The notes beneath the pieces were generated by a model, which was not told where the DNA came from, made no database searches, and saw only the letters and a list, made by a program, of their open reading frames with translations. This document shows, in pieces, positions 60,309 to 63,868 of a DNA stretch of 63,868 nucleotides. The DNA is taken from NCBI RefSeq assembly GCF_000143415.4, contig NW_003314313.1, positions 425,759-489,626 on the forward strand, read 5' to 3'. This DNA is from Selaginella moellendorffii (lineage: Eukaryota > Plantae > Lycopodiophyta). A program made the position numbers and the translations under genes. Within the stretch, counting starts at the first letter, position 1. Each line of letters opens with the position of its first letter.

Positions 60309-61930
60309 ATGTCGGACAGGTTCTTCTTGAATAATCTCGCGGATTACTCCGAGAAGGAGGAGGCAAATGTCCAAGAAATCCTCGAGAGCGGCAAGGAGAT
60401 TCCAAGGACTGCCGAAGGCTACAGCGTCAATCTCGCCGCGCCGTTCCGGCATCCACATCTAGCTTCGCCGGAGAAGCTTCTCAAATCCGCCCTGGCCTTG
60501 AAGGACGAGGTTAGTACGTTCGTTCTCTTCTCACTCTTTTTCCTTTTTTGTTTGCTCAAGAACTTTGGCTACGTGTGTTGCTCTAGATCGTCCAAGTAAC
60601 TTGGGGACGTNNNNNNNNNNNNNNNNNNNNNNNNNNNNNNNNNNNNNNNNNNNNNNNNNNNNNNNNNNNNNNNNNNNNNNNNNNNNNNNNNNNNNNNNNN
60701 NNNNNNNNNNNNNNNNNNNNNNNNNNNNNNNNNNNNNNNNNNNNNNNNNNNNNNNNNNNNNNNNNNNNNNNNNNNNNNNNNNNNNNNNNNNNNNNNNNNN
60801 NNNNNNNNNNNNNNNNNNNNNNNNNNNNNNNNNNNNNNNNNNNNNNNNNNNNNNNNNNNNNNNNNNNNNNNNNNNNNNNNNNNNNNNNNNNNNNNNNNNN
60901 NNNNNNNNNNNNNNNNNNNNNNNNNNNNNNNNNNNNNNNNNNNNNNNNNNNNNNNNNNNNNNNNNNNNNNNNNNNNNNNNNNNNNNNNNNNNNNNNNNNN
61001 NNNNNNNNNNNNNNNNNNNNNNNNNNNNNNNNNNNNNNNNNNNNNNNNNNNNNNNNNNNNNNNNNNNNNNNNNNNNNNNNNNNNNNNNNNNNNNNNNNNN
61101 NNNNNNNNNNNNNNNNNNNNNNNNNNNNNNNNNNNNNNNNNNNNNNNNNNNNNNNNNNNNNNNNNNNNNNNNNNNNNNNNNNNNNNNNNNNNNNNNNNNA
61201 CGTTGCTTGATCGTTCCTTTCTTCGGGTGCAGGGGCCTATTGTTGATGCTATTTTAGCTGCTGGCCGAGCAGGGGCATCTCAAAGCTCTTGTCCTCTCAT
61301 GTATCAATGGCATGGTACAAGATATTGGGGCGCTGCTCACGGTCTGGCAGGGATAATGTACGTCCTGATGCATTTCCCTTTGTCAGCAAGGGATGCTGCA
61401 GATGTGAAAGAAACGCTGCTCTACATGATAGCCAACAGGTTTCAGTCTGGAAACTATCCATCCAGTGACGGCAATCAACGGGACAAGTTGATCCACTGGT
61501 GTCATGGTGCACCTGGAATCTGCCTCACGCTGTGCAAAGCTGCCAAGGTTTGTCACTACGGCATTTCTGCGAAATAACGCGAAAGTTTCAGGTGTTTCCT
61601 GAGCCTGTATTTCGGGAAGCCGCTGTTGCTGCTGGAGAGCTCATCTGGAAGAAGGGCCTTTTACGACGAGTTGGACTCTGCCATGGGGTCAGTGGCAACA
61701 CATATCCATTTCTGGCTCTTTACCGGCTTACTGGGGATAGGAAGCATCTTTTCCGTGCTCGGTCATTCGCCACCTTCTTGTGCAACCAAGGCAGAGAGCT
61801 TATTGACTCGGGGGACATGCACGGTGGGGATCACCCATACTCCTTGTTTGAAGGACTTGCAGGAACGGCCTTTCTTTGGCTCGACTTGCAGCGTCCTGAG
61901 GAAGCGAGATTTCCCGGTTACGAGCTGTAG
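60309..61930 (+). CDS. LanC-like protein (GCR2/LANCL), middle hidden in a gap
   Basis: MSDRFFLN, YWGAAHGLAGI, HWCHGAPG, GLCHGVSGN, YSLFEGLAG, RFPGYEL*. Confidence 0.92.
60611..61199. other. Assembly gap (N run)
   Basis: Run of N. Confidence 1.
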
Positions 61931-62018
61931 TGGAAGGAACAGGTTGTATGTAACATAGTAGGCAGCAGTTTGTTTATTTATGTCAACGATAACGTGGTGG
62001 TGACGAGTCGACTTATAT

Positions 62019-62922
62019 CTAGTAGCGGCACTCGGAATCGGGCCTCTGGCTTCCACTACAGAAGGAAAGACTGGCTGGACATTTCTTGAGGCAGTTGTAT
62101 GTGAAGCTGGCGCTGATGAGGTTTGGGAGGGGCTTTAGAAATAGGCTGGGTACCTCGCCTTGGAGATAGTTTCCGTCCAAGAACAATCTGGCCAGCGGTA
62201 GAGCAGTGGAACCATCGGCTGCAACTTTCTTCGCGTACTCGTCTGGGATCCTACTGGTGAAATGGTTGCTGCTTAAGGAGAGGGATGAAAGCCTGTTAAG
62301 CCTCGACAACGCAACCGGCAAGCTGCCTCGGATGTTGTTATGACTCGCGTCAAAAGCAACGAGCTGGCTGTTGCTAAAATCCAGGTGATCGGTTGAGCTG
62401 ATTGAAGTGAGCTGGTTGTGGGAAAGGTTTAGCTGCTGGAGGCTCGGTAGCAAGAATATCGTGGAAGGGAGAGGTCCCCTTACTTTGTTGCTGCTCAAGT
62501 CCAGCACCTCGAGATCCTGAAACCTTGTAACGTCGGGGCTGTCAAGCGTCAGAGAGGCTGCGTTACTTCGCAGTGAAAGCTGGTATAGAGACTTCGGCAG
62601 CTTGGAGAAGAGCAGACTATCCGTGAAGCCATTATGGCTGGCGTCGAAGTATCTCAGGTTGACGGTATTGGAGAGTGACGTCGGAAGCGCACCAGCGAAT
62701 TGATTGTTTTGGAGGTAAAGCCTTTGCAAATCTTTCATAGAAGAAAACAAACTTACTGGAAGAGTTCCACTAAGCTTGTTGTTTGCCACCGACAGGTACT
62801 CAAGCTTGTTGAGCTGAGCCATGGATTGTGGGAGAGCCCCGGACAGCTTGTTTCCTGACAAGTCCAACTTCTGCAAATTCCTGAGCCTCGCAATTTCCGA
62901 AGGGATGGATCCCGGGAAAGAA
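62019..62922 (-). CDS. Plant-specific extracellular-type LRR protein, 5' end lost in gap
   Basis: Repeated LxxLxLSxNxLxGxLP units; C-terminal Cys cap NCLKKCPASLSFCSGSQRPDSEC. Confidence 0.88.
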
Positions 62923-63022
62923 NNNNNNNNNNNNNNNNNNNNNNNNNNNNNNNNNNNNNNNNNNNNNNNNNNNNNNNNNNNNNNNNNNNNNNNNNNNNNN
63001 NNNNNNNNNNNNNNNNNNNNNN
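62923..63022. other. Assembly gap (100 N)
   Basis: Run of N. Confidence 1.
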
Positions 63023-63868
63023 GTCGCAGCTCTGGACCCGAAGAAACTCTAGTTTTTGTAGTGGGAGCCATGGCTCATGGAAAAATCGAGGCCGATTACA
63101 TTGACGATCTAGTCGCAGGTAAAGAGCTTAAAAAATCTTTCTTTTCCTTTCATTACAAGCATGAAACTGTGCAGTGTCAGAGTATCCTTTGAGTGCAGCG
63201 TGCTGCATAGGACGGATTTGTAATGCTTTAGAACAACACTGGCAGATTATATGAAAATCAGACCCTTTGCTCGCGAAGAAAAATCCCACACGAAGAACTT
63301 CCCATCACTGCTTGGTTAGATCCAATGAAAGCAGCGGCAACGCCATTATACTACACAAGAGAGCTAACAGAATTGCCCCGAGCCAACCTGGGAACATGAA
63401 ATGCCTGTTGTGATCCTTGTTGCGTCGATTCTCTGCCACTGTGTTTTCCGGCTCGCCGGGCTTGTTGACGGGCTGTTGCTCTGATTTTTGCTCGCAAAGC
63501 GTCTGCATCTCGGCCTGTTTTTGGATGTACTCTGGAAACATTTTTCTGAACGTCACACTGCGGAAAAGTAAAAAGAAGTTGATATGCAGAATCTCGACTT
63601 TTTCAAAACAAGAACTTTCTTACTTTTGACAATTGAAAGCAAGCGATGATCGAGCGAGGCGCCGTTTCTCCTCGTCGCTTGTGGTTAAACTTCCAGTCGT
63701 GGGAGAATTATCCATCTAAAAGGAAGAAAAAATCGAGTGATTGTGAAAGAAAACGCCATCGTATTACCATGAAGGACAGCAATCCCGTAAGAATACTGCG
63801 ACAAAAGGCCACAAATAAATGACAAGTTTTCGTGACACTCTAGGACAGTACCTTGAAACTGACCACAT
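63023..63868. repeat. Near-exact duplicate of ~57179-58025 (EMG1 3' end plus E2 3' end)
   Basis: Identical including introns, apart from two differences that I saw near the segment ends. Confidence 0.9.

Noticed and set aside
60309-61930. LanC-like gene plus small Cys-rich ORF as a lanthipeptide cluster
   Set aside because: Eukaryotic LANCL/GCR2 genes are widespread stand-alone genes, the neighbour has a CHCH Cx9C pattern, and there is no dehydratase or precursor peptide.
62019-63192. ORFs joining LRR and EMG1-region sequence across the gap
   Set aside because: Artifact of translating through Ns.

Overview
Gene-dense eukaryotic (land-plant) genomic DNA with very short GT-AG introns (about 42-70 nt) and tiny intergenic spaces; the style suggests a lycophyte such as Selaginella (inference, not proven). 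Left to right: an acireductone dioxygenase pseudogene; four tandem, apparently intact genes for a GMC/cholesterol-oxidase-like + Cys-nucleophile alpha/beta-hydrolase fusion protein with a C-terminal membrane anchor; then a triplicated cassette of [DCL4-like Dicer, NOL1/NOP2/Sun m5C methyltransferase, 3' part of a LisH gene]. In that cassette, unit 1 keeps a full-length Dicer, unit 2 keeps an apparently intact helicase-less Dicer with a new start codon, and unit 3 has a Dicer pseudogene but the only intact methyltransferase. A ~13.8 kb insertion in unit 2 holds a young minisatellite-bearing LTR pair and an old Ty3/gypsy element. The right end has compact housekeeping genes (LisH protein, plastid-type acidic protein, EMG1/NEP1, Ubc6-type E2, GAR1, Cx9C protein, LanC-like, LRR), two N gaps and a probable assembly duplicate. 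The top candidate for something new is the helicase-less DCL4-like Dicer next to its full-length parent.
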